A stretch of DNA of 64,000 bases from Collinsella sp. (GTDB lineage: Bacteria > Actinomycetota > Coriobacteriia > Coriobacteriales > Coriobacteriaceae): the NCBI GenBank assembly GCA_019424965.1, contig JAHYYL010000003.1:7614-71613 (forward strand), given 5' to 3'. Each line of letters begins with the position of its first letter. Position 1 is the first letter of the stretch. A program made the position numbers and the translations under genes. The notes below the pieces were generated by a model. That model saw nothing but the letters and a program-made list of their open reading frames with translations, was not told the DNA's origin and did not search any database. Below are positions 27,338-36,210 of this stretch, in pieces.

Positions 27338-27401
27338 CGCGCTGGGGCACCGTGAATTTGCGGAGGCAGTGGCCCGCCGCGCCGGGACGGCATTGTTTGG
27401 G

Positions 27402-27449
27402 CATGCCTCTCCTTCGTCTACAATATCGGGCAGACGAAGGAGAGGCATG
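27402..27449 (+). promoter_or_regulatory. Perfect 18-bp hairpin that sequesters the RBS and start codon of the HAD hydrolase gene
   Basis: CATGCCTCTCCTTCGTCT (27402-27419) / AGACGAAGGAGAGGCATG (27432-27449). The 3' arm contains GAAGGAGAGG and the ATG at 27447. Confidence 0.6.
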
Positions 27450-28310
27450 TCCATGATCAAGATGTTCGCGAGTGACTTAGACGGAACGCTGCTGAACGCC
27501 CTGCACGAGGCGGATGGGACCATCCGCCGCGCCATTCGCGAGCTGACCGAGGCTGGCCTGCACGTGGTTCCCGCGACCGGACGCTCGACGCTGCCGATCG
27601 GCGAGCATGGCTTTACGGGGCTGGCGCTCGATGCCTGCTGCTCTAACGGCTCCATCGTGCGCGACAGCCATGGCGAGGTGCTCAAGACCTGGACCATCGA
27701 TCCGCAGATCACCGAGGAGCTGCTCAAGGCGTTCCCGGATATCTGTTTTGACTGCTCCACGCCCGACGGCATGTTTTCGAGCGGATCGTTCGAGATGCAC
27801 CAGGCGGGCTTTAAAAAGGACAGTCCCATCAAGCGCATCGTGATGCGTGGCATGCGTGCGCGTGGCGGCTATCACGAGGAACAGTATTTCGACCAGTCGA
27901 TTGGCGACATCTTGCGCCACGATGTGTGCAAGATCAACTGCCGCGTGACCTCGCGCGAGCTGGAGCGCGACCTTAAGGCGTATCTTGCCGAGCGTTCCGA
28001 TCGCGTGGTCAACGCGCCGTTTGACCCCGTTATGTTCGAGATTACGGACGTGACGTGCAACAAGGGCGAGAGTGTTGCCTGGCTGGCGGGCTACTACGGT
28101 ATTGCCGAGGACGAGGTCGCGGTCTACGGCGACGGTGGCAACGACATCGCCATGCTCAAACGCTTCCGCCACAGCTACGCGACCAAAAACGCTAGCGATG
28201 CAGCTAAGGCCGCCGCGAGCGCGACCATCGGCAGCTGCATGGCCCACGCCGTCCCCAAACACATGCTCGCCACCATGAGCAAGCAGAACTCCTGCACCAT
28301 CATCGAATAA
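27447..28310 (+). CDS. Cof-type HAD-IIB phosphatase
   Basis: Start MSMIKMFASDLDGTLL (motif I DxDGT). ..YGDGGNDIAML.. (motif IV). Confidence 0.85.
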   Translation: MSMIKMFASDLDGTLLNALHEADGTIRRAIRELTEAGLHVVPATGRSTLPIGEHGFTGLALDACCSNGSIVRDSHGEVLKTWTIDPQITEELLKAFPDICFDCSTPDGMFSSGSFEMHQAGFKKDSPIKRIVMRGMRARGGYHEEQYFDQSIGDILRHDVCKINCRVTSRELERDLKAYLAERSDRVVNAPFDPVMFEITDVTCNKGESVAWLAGYYGIAEDEVAVYGDGGNDIAMLKRFRHSYATKNASDAAKAAASATIGSCMAHAVPKHMLATMSKQNSCTIIE

Positions 28311-28364
28311 GGGACAAAGGGACAGTCCCTTTGCCACAATCTAAATATTGCCTTTACGTGTTGA

Positions 28365-28409
28365 TGCACACGGTGTGCAATAATACTCGCACTGTGCAAT
28401 AGCGCACAG
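28365..28409. promoter_or_regulatory. Two palindromes sharing TGTGCA half-sites upstream of the TetR-activase operon
   Basis: TGCACAC-G-GTGTGCA (28365-28379) and CTGTGC-AATAGC-GCACAG (28392-28409). TGTGCAATA is repeated directly. Confidence 0.4.
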
Positions 28410-28430
28410 GCTGAGTAACAAGGAGGACGC

Positions 28431-29141
28431 TTGTCCCAGCTCGAGAAATGCGATCGCCGGTCCCTTCGCTCGCAGCGTGCCCTTCGCCAGGCACTTGCCA
28501 GCGAGCTTGCCGAAAGCGGCGACCTTTCGCGCATTAATGTCGCGTCGCTCACCGAGCGCGCTGGCCTTACGCGCCGCACGTTCTATTCGCACTACCGCGA
28601 TATTCCCGACTTTATCAATCAAATCGAGGACGGCTTGCTGGCCGAGATCCGTGAGCGCATTGAGCTCATCACCGCAGCTCAGCTGCCCGACCTCTATCAC
28701 AACATCGATGAGCTCGAGCCGGCGCCCGGTTCGGTTGAGTTGCTGCGCTACCTTGCGGCCAACCGCGATTTGATCGGATCGCTGCTGGGTCCGGGTGGCG
28801 ATCAGGCTTTCATTAAAAAGATTATCGATACCGCGCGTGAGGCCGTGGTGCCGCGTGCGCAGACGGGCATTTTGGGCCTGGCGCTGGGTACATTCTTTGA
28901 CTACTACGTCACCTACGTCGTGAGTGCCGAGGTCGGCCTGATTCAGCGCTGGTTTGAGCGTGGGCTCACTGAATCGCCCGAAGCCATGGCGCGCATTATG
29001 ACGGTAATCGCCTTTGTGCGTCCCGGCGATCTATATGGCCAACCCATCGATATCAACGTGCCGGAATATGGCATGAAGCTATTGAATCTGCAGCTCGAGG
29101 ATGCGGTCGACACTGCCGCAACCGTCGAGTCCAACAACTAA
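28431..29141 (+). CDS. TetR-family regulator (DhaS-like)
   Basis: 236 aa, TTG start after AAGGAGG. ..INVASLTERAGLTRRTFYSHYRDI.. HTH. Confidence 0.8.
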   Translation: MSQLEKCDRRSLRSQRALRQALASELAESGDLSRINVASLTERAGLTRRTFYSHYRDIPDFINQIEDGLLAEIRERIELITAAQLPDLYHNIDELEPAPGSVELLRYLAANRDLIGSLLGPGGDQAFIKKIIDTAREAVVPRAQTGILGLALGTFFDYYVTYVVSAEVGLIQRWFERGLTESPEAMARIMTVIAFVRPGDLYGQPIDINVPEYGMKLLNLQLEDAVDTAATVESNN

Positions 29142-29153
29142 GAGGAGAGACAG

Positions 29154-32100
29154 ATGAGTAAACTCGTCGAGGGCATCAAGGACCGCATGATCGCCGCCGC
29201 ACGCGAGGCCGCGCCCACCGTGGTGGACGCCGCGCAGAAGGCCGCGACCGCGGCTGCCGAGAAAGTTGTCGAGGCTGTCGCCGATGCCAAGAACGCGGCG
29301 GGGGAGGCGTCCGTCACTAGCGAGCCCGCCACCGCCACTGAGTCCGTAGCCGCCGCCCACGCCCCCGAAGGCGCGATCTTCAACCCCGGCAACGCCCACG
29401 GCAACCTGCACCTGGGCATCGACGTGGGCTCCACCACCGTTAAGCTCGCCGTGCTCAACGACGACAACCAGATTGTCTACGCCAAGTACCAGCGCCACCA
29501 CACCGACGTCCGCGCTTGCGCCCGCGACCTGTTCGAGGGCGCTGCGACCGTGCTGTCGACAGCCCAGATGACCTGTGCCATCACCGGCTCGGGCGGCCTG
29601 CTGCTGTCCCAGTGGCTCGATTTGGAGTTTGTTCAGGAGGTCATCGCCAGCAAGCGTGCCGTCGAGACCCTCATCCCGGCCACCGATGTCGCCATCGAGC
29701 TGGGCGGCGAGGACGCCAAGATCATCTACTTTGACAACGGTATCGAGCAGCGCATGAACGGCACCTGCGCCGGCGGCACGGGCGCGTTCATCGACCAGAT
29801 GGCCACTCTGCTGCACACTGACGCCAGCGGCCTTAACGAACTCGCGGCCAACGCCACCACCATCTATCCCATTGCCAGCCGCTGCGGCGTCTTTGCCAAG
29901 ACTGACGTGCAGCCGCTGCTCAACGAGGGCGCTCGCCCCGAGGACGTGGCCGCCTCCATCTTCCAGGCTGTCGTGACCCAGACCATCTCGGGTCTGGCGT
30001 GCGGCCGTCCCATCCGTGGCAACGTCGCCTTCCTGGGCGGCCCGCTGCAGTACCTCTCCGAGCTGCGCCACCGCTTCTATCTCACGCTCAACCTGGACGA
30101 GGAGCACCGTATCGTGCCCCAAAACGCCCACCTGTTTGTGGCGAGCGGCGCCGCCATGGCGCACGAGTCCAATAAGCTCAGCACGTTCCCGCAGCTCATC
30201 GAGGCCATCGATGCCCTGGGCGACACACAGGGTGCCGAGGTCGAGCGCCTGGATCCGCTCTTTGCCACCGACGAGGACTTTGCCGAGTTCAAAACCCGCC
30301 ACGACCAGGAAGTCGTCCCCAAGGGCAAGCTCGAAGGCTACACCGGCCGCGTGTTCATTGGCATCGACGCCGGCTCCACCACCATGAAAGCCGCGCTCGT
30401 GGGCGAGGACGGCCAGCTGTTGCACACCTGGTACGGCAACAACAACGGCGACATCCTGGGCACGGCCAAGGTCATCATGGCCGATTTCTACAACCACATC
30501 CCCGCCGGCTGCACCATCGGCCACGTGACCACCACGGGCTACGGCGAGGCGCTGCTCATCGAGGCCCTCAAAGCCGATTCCGGCGAGATCGAGACCGTTG
30601 CGCACCTGCGCGGCGCCAAAGCATTCCTGCCCGGCGTCGAGTTCATTCTGGACATCGGCGGCCAGGACATGAAGTGCCTGCGCGTCAAGGACGGCGTTAT
30701 CGAGCACATCATGCTCAACGAGGCCTGTTCGTCGGGCTGCGGTAGCTTTATCGAGAGCTTCGCCGTCTCTATGAACATGGACGTGCGCGCGTTCGCCGAT
30801 GCCGCCATCCATGCCAAGGCCCCCGTCGACCTGGGCAGCCGCTGCACGGTCTTTATGAACTCGCGTGTCAAGCAGGCGCAAAAGGAAGGCGCCACGGTGG
30901 GCGACATCGCGGCCGGCCTGTCCTATTCCGTCATCAAGAATGCCCTGTTCAAGGTCATTAAGCTGCGCGATCCCAAGGAGATCGGCAGCCAGGTAATCGT
31001 CCAGGGCGGCACCTTTATGTCCGATGCCACGCTGCGCGCGTTTGAGCAGCTCACCGGCGTTCATGCCGTGCGTCCCGACATCGCCGGCTGCATGGGCGCC
31101 TACGGTGCGGCCCTGCTCGCCCGCGATCGCGCCGGCGCCGACGGCACCTCGACCATCCTTTCGGCTGAGGACATCGCGCACCTCACCGTGACGCAAAAGC
31201 ATGTCCGCTGCGGCCGTTGCTCTAACAACTGCCAGCTCACCGTCAACGACTTTGGCGGCGGCAGGCGCTTTATCACCGGCAACCGCTGCGAGAAGGGTGC
31301 CGGCCACAAAAAGCAGAAGACCGAGGCCCCCAACCTCTTCAAAAAGAAAAACGAGCTGCTCTTTAACCGCGAGGTGCTGAGCCCCGACGAGGCCCCGCGC
31401 GGCACCGTCGGCATCCCCCGTGCGCTCAACATGTACGAGAATTACCCCTTCTGGCACGCGTTCTTTACGCGCCTGGGCTTTAGCGTGCAGCTGTCCGACC
31501 AGTCGAGCAAGAAGACCTACCAGGCGGGCATCGAGTCCATGCCGTCCGAGAGCGTGTGCTATCCGGCCAAGATGAGCCACGGCCACGTGATGAACCTCAT
31601 CGACCGCGACGTCGACTTTATCTGGATGCCGTGCGTGCGCTGGGAGCGCAAGGAGGATCCGACGGCTGGCAACTGCTATAACTGCCCCATCGTCATGAGC
31701 TACCCCACGGCGCTGGCGCTCAACATCGACGAGATCCGCGAGCAGAACATCGAGTTCCTGTACCCGTTTGTGCCCTATCACGATAAGACCGAGCTCAAGC
31801 GCCGCTTGTACCAGGTGCTCGCCGTCGACCGCGTGGCCGATGCCGAGGCTGGTCGCGGCCGCGTGCGCGGTCCCAAAATCACGCGTTCCGAGGTCGATGC
31901 CGCTGTCAACGCTGCCTACGAGGCCGATGCGCGTTTCCACGAGGACATCCAGACTATGGGCGAGGAGGCTCTTAAGTGGGTCGAGGACCACGGTGGCCAT
32001 GGCATTGTGCTCGCCGGCCGCCCCTACCATAACGACCCCGAGATCAACCATGCCCTGCCCGAGCTTATCTCGAGCTTTGGCTTTGCGGTCTTTACCGAGG

Positions 32101-33935
32101 ATTCGCTCGCACATCTGGTGAAGCCCGAGCGCCCGATCCGCGTCGTTGACCAGTGGATGTACCACTCGCGCCTCTACGCCGTGGCCCGTTTTGTGACGAT
32201 GCGCAACGACCTGGACCTGATCCAGCTCAATTCCTTCGGCTGCGGTCTCGATGCCCTGACTACCGATCAGGTGCAGGAGATCCTGGAGGCCAGCGGCAAG
32301 ATCTACACCGTGCTCAAGATCGACGAGGTGTCCAACCTGGGTGCCGCGCGCATCCGCATCCGCTCGCTCATGGCAGCGCTCAAGGACCAGGAGGCCGAGC
32401 GCCTGGCCGAGGCAACCGCTGCGGGTGAGATCTACGAGCAGGGCGATGCCGCACCGGTGACGCCCTCCACGGATGCCCCCGCATTCGCGAGCCGTAAGTA
32501 CACGTTCGAAGCGCAGCGTGAGAGCGCCTCGACTGCATGGCCCAAGGTGCCCTTTACTGAGCAGATGCGCGACGAGGGCTACACCATCCTGTGCCCACAG
32601 ATGGCGCCGATCCACTTTGACCTGGTCAAAGAGGTGTTCCGCGGGGCCGGCTACAACCTTGAGCTGCTGCCCTCGACCGATCACGACGCCGTCGAGGCCG
32701 GCCTGCGCTACGTGAACAACGACATTTGCTACCCGTCGATCCTGGTGACGGGCCAGATTATGGAGGCCATCGAGAGCGGTCGGTACGACCTGTCCAAGAC
32801 GGCCGTGGTCATCAGCCAGACCGGCGGCGGCTGCCGAGCCACCAACTACATCGCGCTTATCCGCAAGGCCCTGCGCGAGAGCGGTCATCCCGAGATTCCC
32901 GTGATCTCGCTTTCGGCCGTGGCGCTCGGCGAGGATAACCCCGGCTTCAAGATTACGCCGGCGCTGCTTAAGCAGGCTGTGTACGCGGTACTCTTTGGCG
33001 ACGTTATGATGCAGATGCTCTACCGCTGCCGCCCGTACGAGGCCACGCCCGGTGCTGCCAACGCGCTCTACGAGGAGTACATGGCGCGTGCCCGCAAGCT
33101 GGCGCCCAAGTTTAACCGCCACAACTACACCAAGCTTGCGCGTGAGGCCATCCGTGCGTTCGACACCATGCCGCTTGTGGGTGAGGGCACCAAGCCGCGC
33201 GTGGGCGTGGTCGGCGAGATCTTGGTCAAGTTCCACCCCACGGCCAACAACCACGTGGTCGATGTCATCGAGCGAGAGGGCTGCGAGGCTGTGGTGCCGG
33301 GTCTGCTCGACTTCTTCCTGTACTCCATGAGCAACGCCGAGCTACAGAAGGACGAGCTGGGAAGCTCTGCTACCACGCGCGCTGGCATGCAGGCGCTCAT
33401 CAAGCTCGTGGACTGGATGCGCACGCCGGTGGAAGAGATGCTCGAAAAGTCCCGCCGCTTTGAGGCGCCCGAGCGCATCGGCACCATGGCCGACAAGGCC
33501 CGTACGGTGCTTTCGGTGTGCAACAACATGGGCGAGGGCTGGCTGCTCACGGCCGAGATGCTCGACTTGATTGATCACGGTGCGCCCAACATCATCTGCA
33601 CGCAGCCCTTCGCGTGCCTGCCCAACCACGTGGTGGGCAAGGCCGTGATCAAGGAGCTGCGCCGTCAGCACCCCGAGAGCAACATCGTCGCGGTGGACTA
33701 CGACCCCGGTGCGTCTGAGGTCAACCAGCTCAACCGCATTAAGCTCATGATCAGCGTGGCCAAGGAGAACATGCGCGCCGGCAAGGGCTTTAAGCTCGAG
33801 AAGGTGGCGCCGCTCGCGATGGATGAGGTCACCGGACAGATGCGTGCCCATGACGGCTGCGTGAGCTGCGGACCGGCCAGCGAGGAGACCGTGGCGTCGG
33901 TCGCTGAGCGTCTGGGACGCGGCATTAAGAAGTAG
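29154..33935 (+). CDS. Giant fused protein: two BcrAD/BadFG (HgdC-type activase) ATPase domains plus a 2-hydroxyacyl-CoA dehydratase-like module
   Basis: 1593 aa. Two actin-fold ATPase starts (LGIDVGSTTVKLAVL, IGIDAGSTTMKAALV), each with a cluster Cys context (GTCAGGTGAFID, EACSSGCGSFIE). CGRCSNNCQ Cys motif. GIPRALNMYENYPFW.. and C-terminal dehydratase D-component-like regions. Confidence 0.85.
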   Translation: MSKLVEGIKDRMIAAAREAAPTVVDAAQKAATAAAEKVVEAVADAKNAAGEASVTSEPATATESVAAAHAPEGAIFNPGNAHGNLHLGIDVGSTTVKLAVLNDDNQIVYAKYQRHHTDVRACARDLFEGAATVLSTAQMTCAITGSGGLLLSQWLDLEFVQEVIASKRAVETLIPATDVAIELGGEDAKIIYFDNGIEQRMNGTCAGGTGAFIDQMATLLHTDASGLNELAANATTIYPIASRCGVFAKTDVQPLLNEGARPEDVAASIFQAVVTQTISGLACGRPIRGNVAFLGGPLQYLSELRHRFYLTLNLDEEHRIVPQNAHLFVASGAAMAHESNKLSTFPQLIEAIDALGDTQGAEVERLDPLFATDEDFAEFKTRHDQEVVPKGKLEGYTGRVFIGIDAGSTTMKAALVGEDGQLLHTWYGNNNGDILGTAKVIMADFYNHIPAGCTIGHVTTTGYGEALLIEALKADSGEIETVAHLRGAKAFLPGVEFILDIGGQDMKCLRVKDGVIEHIMLNEACSSGCGSFIESFAVSMNMDVRAFADAAIHAKAPVDLGSRCTVFMNSRVKQAQKEGATVGDIAAGLSYSVIKNALFKVIKLRDPKEIGSQVIVQGGTFMSDATLRAFEQLTGVHAVRPDIAGCMGAYGAALLARDRAGADGTSTILSAEDIAHLTVTQKHVRCGRCSNNCQLTVNDFGGGRRFITGNRCEKGAGHKKQKTEAPNLFKKKNELLFNREVLSPDEAPRGTVGIPRALNMYENYPFWHAFFTRLGFSVQLSDQSSKKTYQAGIESMPSESVCYPAKMSHGHVMNLIDRDVDFIWMPCVRWERKEDPTAGNCYNCPIVMSYPTALALNIDEIREQNIEFLYPFVPYHDKTELKRRLYQVLAVDRVADAEAGRGRVRGPKITRSEVDAAVNAAYEADARFHEDIQTMGEEALKWVEDHGGHGIVLAGRPYHNDPEINHALPELISSFGFAVFTEDSLAHLVKPERPIRVVDQWMYHSRLYAVARFVTMRNDLDLIQLNSFGCGLDALTTDQVQEILEASGKIYTVLKIDEVSNLGAARIRIRSLMAALKDQEAERLAEATAAGEIYEQGDAAPVTPSTDAPAFASRKYTFEAQRESASTAWPKVPFTEQMRDEGYTILCPQMAPIHFDLVKEVFRGAGYNLELLPSTDHDAVEAGLRYVNNDICYPSILVTGQIMEAIESGRYDLSKTAVVISQTGGGCRATNYIALIRKALRESGHPEIPVISLSAVALGEDNPGFKITPALLKQAVYAVLFGDVMMQMLYRCRPYEATPGAANALYEEYMARARKLAPKFNRHNYTKLAREAIRAFDTMPLVGEGTKPRVGVVGEILVKFHPTANNHVVDVIEREGCEAVVPGLLDFFLYSMSNAELQKDELGSSATTRAGMQALIKLVDWMRTPVEEMLEKSRRFEAPERIGTMADKARTVLSVCNNMGEGWLLTAEMLDLIDHGAPNIICTQPFACLPNHVVGKAVIKELRRQHPESNIVAVDYDPGASEVNQLNRIKLMISVAKENMRAGKGFKLEKVAPLAMDEVTGQMRAHDGCVSCGPASEETVASVAERLGRGIKK

Positions 33936-33963
33936 CTGGCCTGCTTTGGGCTGGATATGAGAC

Positions 33964-34001
33964 AAACGGGTGGTAGCCGTACCGGCTACCACCCGTTTTT
34001 G
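33964..34001 (+). terminator. Intrinsic terminator after the 1593-aa gene
   Basis: AAACGGGTGGTAGCCG / CGGCTACCACCCGTTT 16-bp stem followed by TTTTG. Confidence 0.85.
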
Positions 34002-34051
34002 CTGGACATATGTTGCGTAAATGGGCTTGTTGACGCCTTCAGCGGACTCGT

Positions 34052-34182
34052 ATTTCGGAAGTGCGGGGAAAACTCCAAACCTCCGAGCACATTGCTCTTT
34101 TGAGCTCTCGTGACCTGCAGTTTTGTTGTTAAAAAAGTCGGTCTGGTTGGCGAAACTCAATTTTTCACCGCACTTCCGAAAA
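34052..34182. repeat. About 130-bp element bounded by about 20-bp imperfect inverted repeats
   Basis: ATTTCGGAAGTGCGGGGAAAA ... TTTTCACCGCACTTCCGAAA. Lower-GC interior. Confidence 0.5.
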
Positions 34183-34349
34183 CGACGGTCCTGCGGCACG
34201 AAAAACGGCCTGTAAAGCCTTGAGTTAATGAACAGGTGTAGCCGTTCGCGGCAAAATACCGTCCGTTTATAGAACCCACCCCCAGCGTGCAGTCCCCTTA
34301 CGGTTGAATAAATACACATCTATGGAATTACGTAAGAGAGGACCGTTTC

Positions 34350-35309
34350 ATGAGCTACAAGACCGTTTGTGTTGCCGGCGGCGGCGTGTTGGGAAGCCAG
34401 ATTGCCTTTCAGGCTGCCTACTGCGGCTTTGATGTAACGATTTAGCTGCGCAGCGAGGGCAGCATCGGCCGCACCCAGCCCAAGATCGATCATGTGCGCG
34501 AGGAGTACATTGCGGCTATCGAGGGCATGGCGGACGGCACGGGCGAGTGGTGTGCCGGTATCGCCGATAGCGACCAGCCCTTCGACAAGGAGGCGGCGCT
34601 CGCTGCCGTCGAGCGTGCCTACTCCACGCTCAAGCTGGAGCTCGATCTGGCCAAGGCCGTTGCCGATGCCGATCTGGTCATCGAGTCTATGGCCGAGGAC
34701 ACCCAGGCAAAAATCGACTTCTACAAGAAGCTTGCCCCGGTCCTCCCGCAAAAGACCGTCGTCGTGACCAACTCCTCCACGCTGCTGCCGAGCACCTTTG
34801 CCAAGTACACCGGCCGCCCCGAGAAGTACCTGTCGCTGCACTTTGCCAACTCCATCTGGAAAAACAACATGACCGAGGTCATGGCCCAGGACCAGACCGA
34901 CAAGCGCTACTTCGACGAGCTCGTCGACTTCGCCAACGACATTCGCATGCTGGCGCTTCCCGTCAACAAGGAAAAGAGCGGCTACCTGCTCAACTCCATG
35001 CTGGTGCCGTGGCTGCTTTCGGGCCTCGACCTGTACGTCTCGGGCGTGAGCGATCCCAAGAGCATCGACCTCGCATGGACACGTGGCACCGGCGCCCCCA
35101 AGGGCCCGTTCCGCGTATTCGACACGGTTGGTATCCAGACGGCCTACAACATCGTTATGCAGTATCAGAAGGTGCCGGGCTTGGTGAACCCGCTGCTCAA
35201 AAAGATGATGATGCCCTACAACTTTAAGGCCATGGCGTCCGTCCTCAAACAGATGCTCGACGAAGGCAAGCTGGGCGAAAGCTCGGGCGAGGGTTTCTTT
35301 ACGTACTAA
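34350..35309 (+). pseudogene. 3-hydroxyacyl-CoA dehydrogenase interrupted by an in-frame TAG (34443-34445)
   Basis: ATG 34350 (GAGAGG RBS) encodes MSYKTVCVAGGGVLGSQIAFQAAYCGFDVTI, then TAG, then continues in the same frame into track ORF 34494..35309 (3HCDH C-terminal domain). Confidence 0.75.
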
Positions 35310-35426
35310 CAATGGCTCCTTGGGGGCGGAGGACACGAATCATTTGTAGCGTCAATACGCCGCATAGTCCGTGTGGCATTTCGACACATGACGCCAAAGC
35401 AAATGGGTTGCGGGGATAGAGAAGAA

Positions 35427-35897
35427 ATGGCAATGGATCGGCAAATCGTACTCAAGCAGGATATCCTCGATGCGCTTTCTACCGTTGGCATGCGCCCGGG
35501 GCAGACGGTTATGGTCCATTGCTCGCTCAGCGCGCTTGGATATGTGTGCGGCGGCGCGCAGTCGGTAATCGAGGCGCTGCTCCAGACGGTGGGCGAGGCC
35601 GGTACCATTATGATGCCGACGCAGTCGTGGAAAAACCTGGACCCGGAGAGCGGCGTCCATTGGCAGGAGCCTCAAGAATGGTGGCAGCTTATCCGTGATA
35701 ACTGGCCAGCCTATGACAAACGCATCACGCCTACCAATACGATGGGGGCCGTGGCCGAGATGTTCCGCACGTGGCCGGGCACGCTTCGCAGCGACCATCC
35801 GGCACGCTCGGTGGCGGCAAACGGCCAGCGAGCGCAGTTCCTGACGGAGAACCACGACGTGAGCTGGATCGAGCGCCATCGCGGCCGCCTCGAATGA
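35427..35897 (+). pseudogene. Truncated aminoglycoside N3-acetyltransferase (AAC(3)) family gene
   Basis: ..GQTVMVHCSLSALGYVCGGAQSVIEALLQTVGEAGTIMMPTQSW.. is a typical AAC(3) N-terminal half. The ORF stops after about 157 aa, whereas the family is about 260-270 aa. A possible out-of-frame C-terminal remnant lies at about 36030-36200. Confidence 0.6.
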
Positions 35898-36210
35898 TCC
35901 GCCGGGGACGGAGGAAAACGGATCATCGCATTCCTGCGTCCCCCGCGCGTCTTGCGACTAACAGCTCCGGCTGCCGCGAGCCTAAGCTAGCCTTAAGGGG
36001 CGTTTGTTAAGCTGCGAGTCAAATTGGACAGGGCTGGGCAAACGCCATGGTATATGAGGGAAACGGCAGCGATGGAATTCTTCGATGGTGACGACATGGA
36101 ATCGAGTAGCGAAGGCGGCTGCGACGAAACTGCCCCGTTTGTCAAAGTCGATCCCTTTGGTACCGATGCCCTGAGTTGCTACGTGCGTTTTGCAACATCC
36201 CGCGTCGGCA

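Noticed and set aside
27201-27404. 67-aa minus-strand ORF with an apparently perfect RBS and ATG
   Set aside because: Its SD+ATG is simply the mirror arm of the perfect hairpin at 27402-27449. The ORF runs antisense through the 3' end of the MFS gene.
29079-33254. 1391-aa ORF on the minus strand, the second-longest ORF in the track
   Set aside because: It is entirely antisense to the 1593-aa activase-like gene. Its composition is Gly/Ala/Arg/Val/Leu/Asp-rich and low in complexity with no motifs, which is typical of a shadow ORF in high-GC DNA. The plus-strand frame has clear domain signatures and an RBS.
34443-34445. In-frame TAG considered as a pyrrolysine codon
   Set aside because: There are no pyl genes or methylamine methyltransferase genes in the window. 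The position lies in a Rossmann-fold dehydrogenase, where a one-step TGG-to-TAG change is the simpler explanation. The idea cannot be fully excluded without the whole genome.
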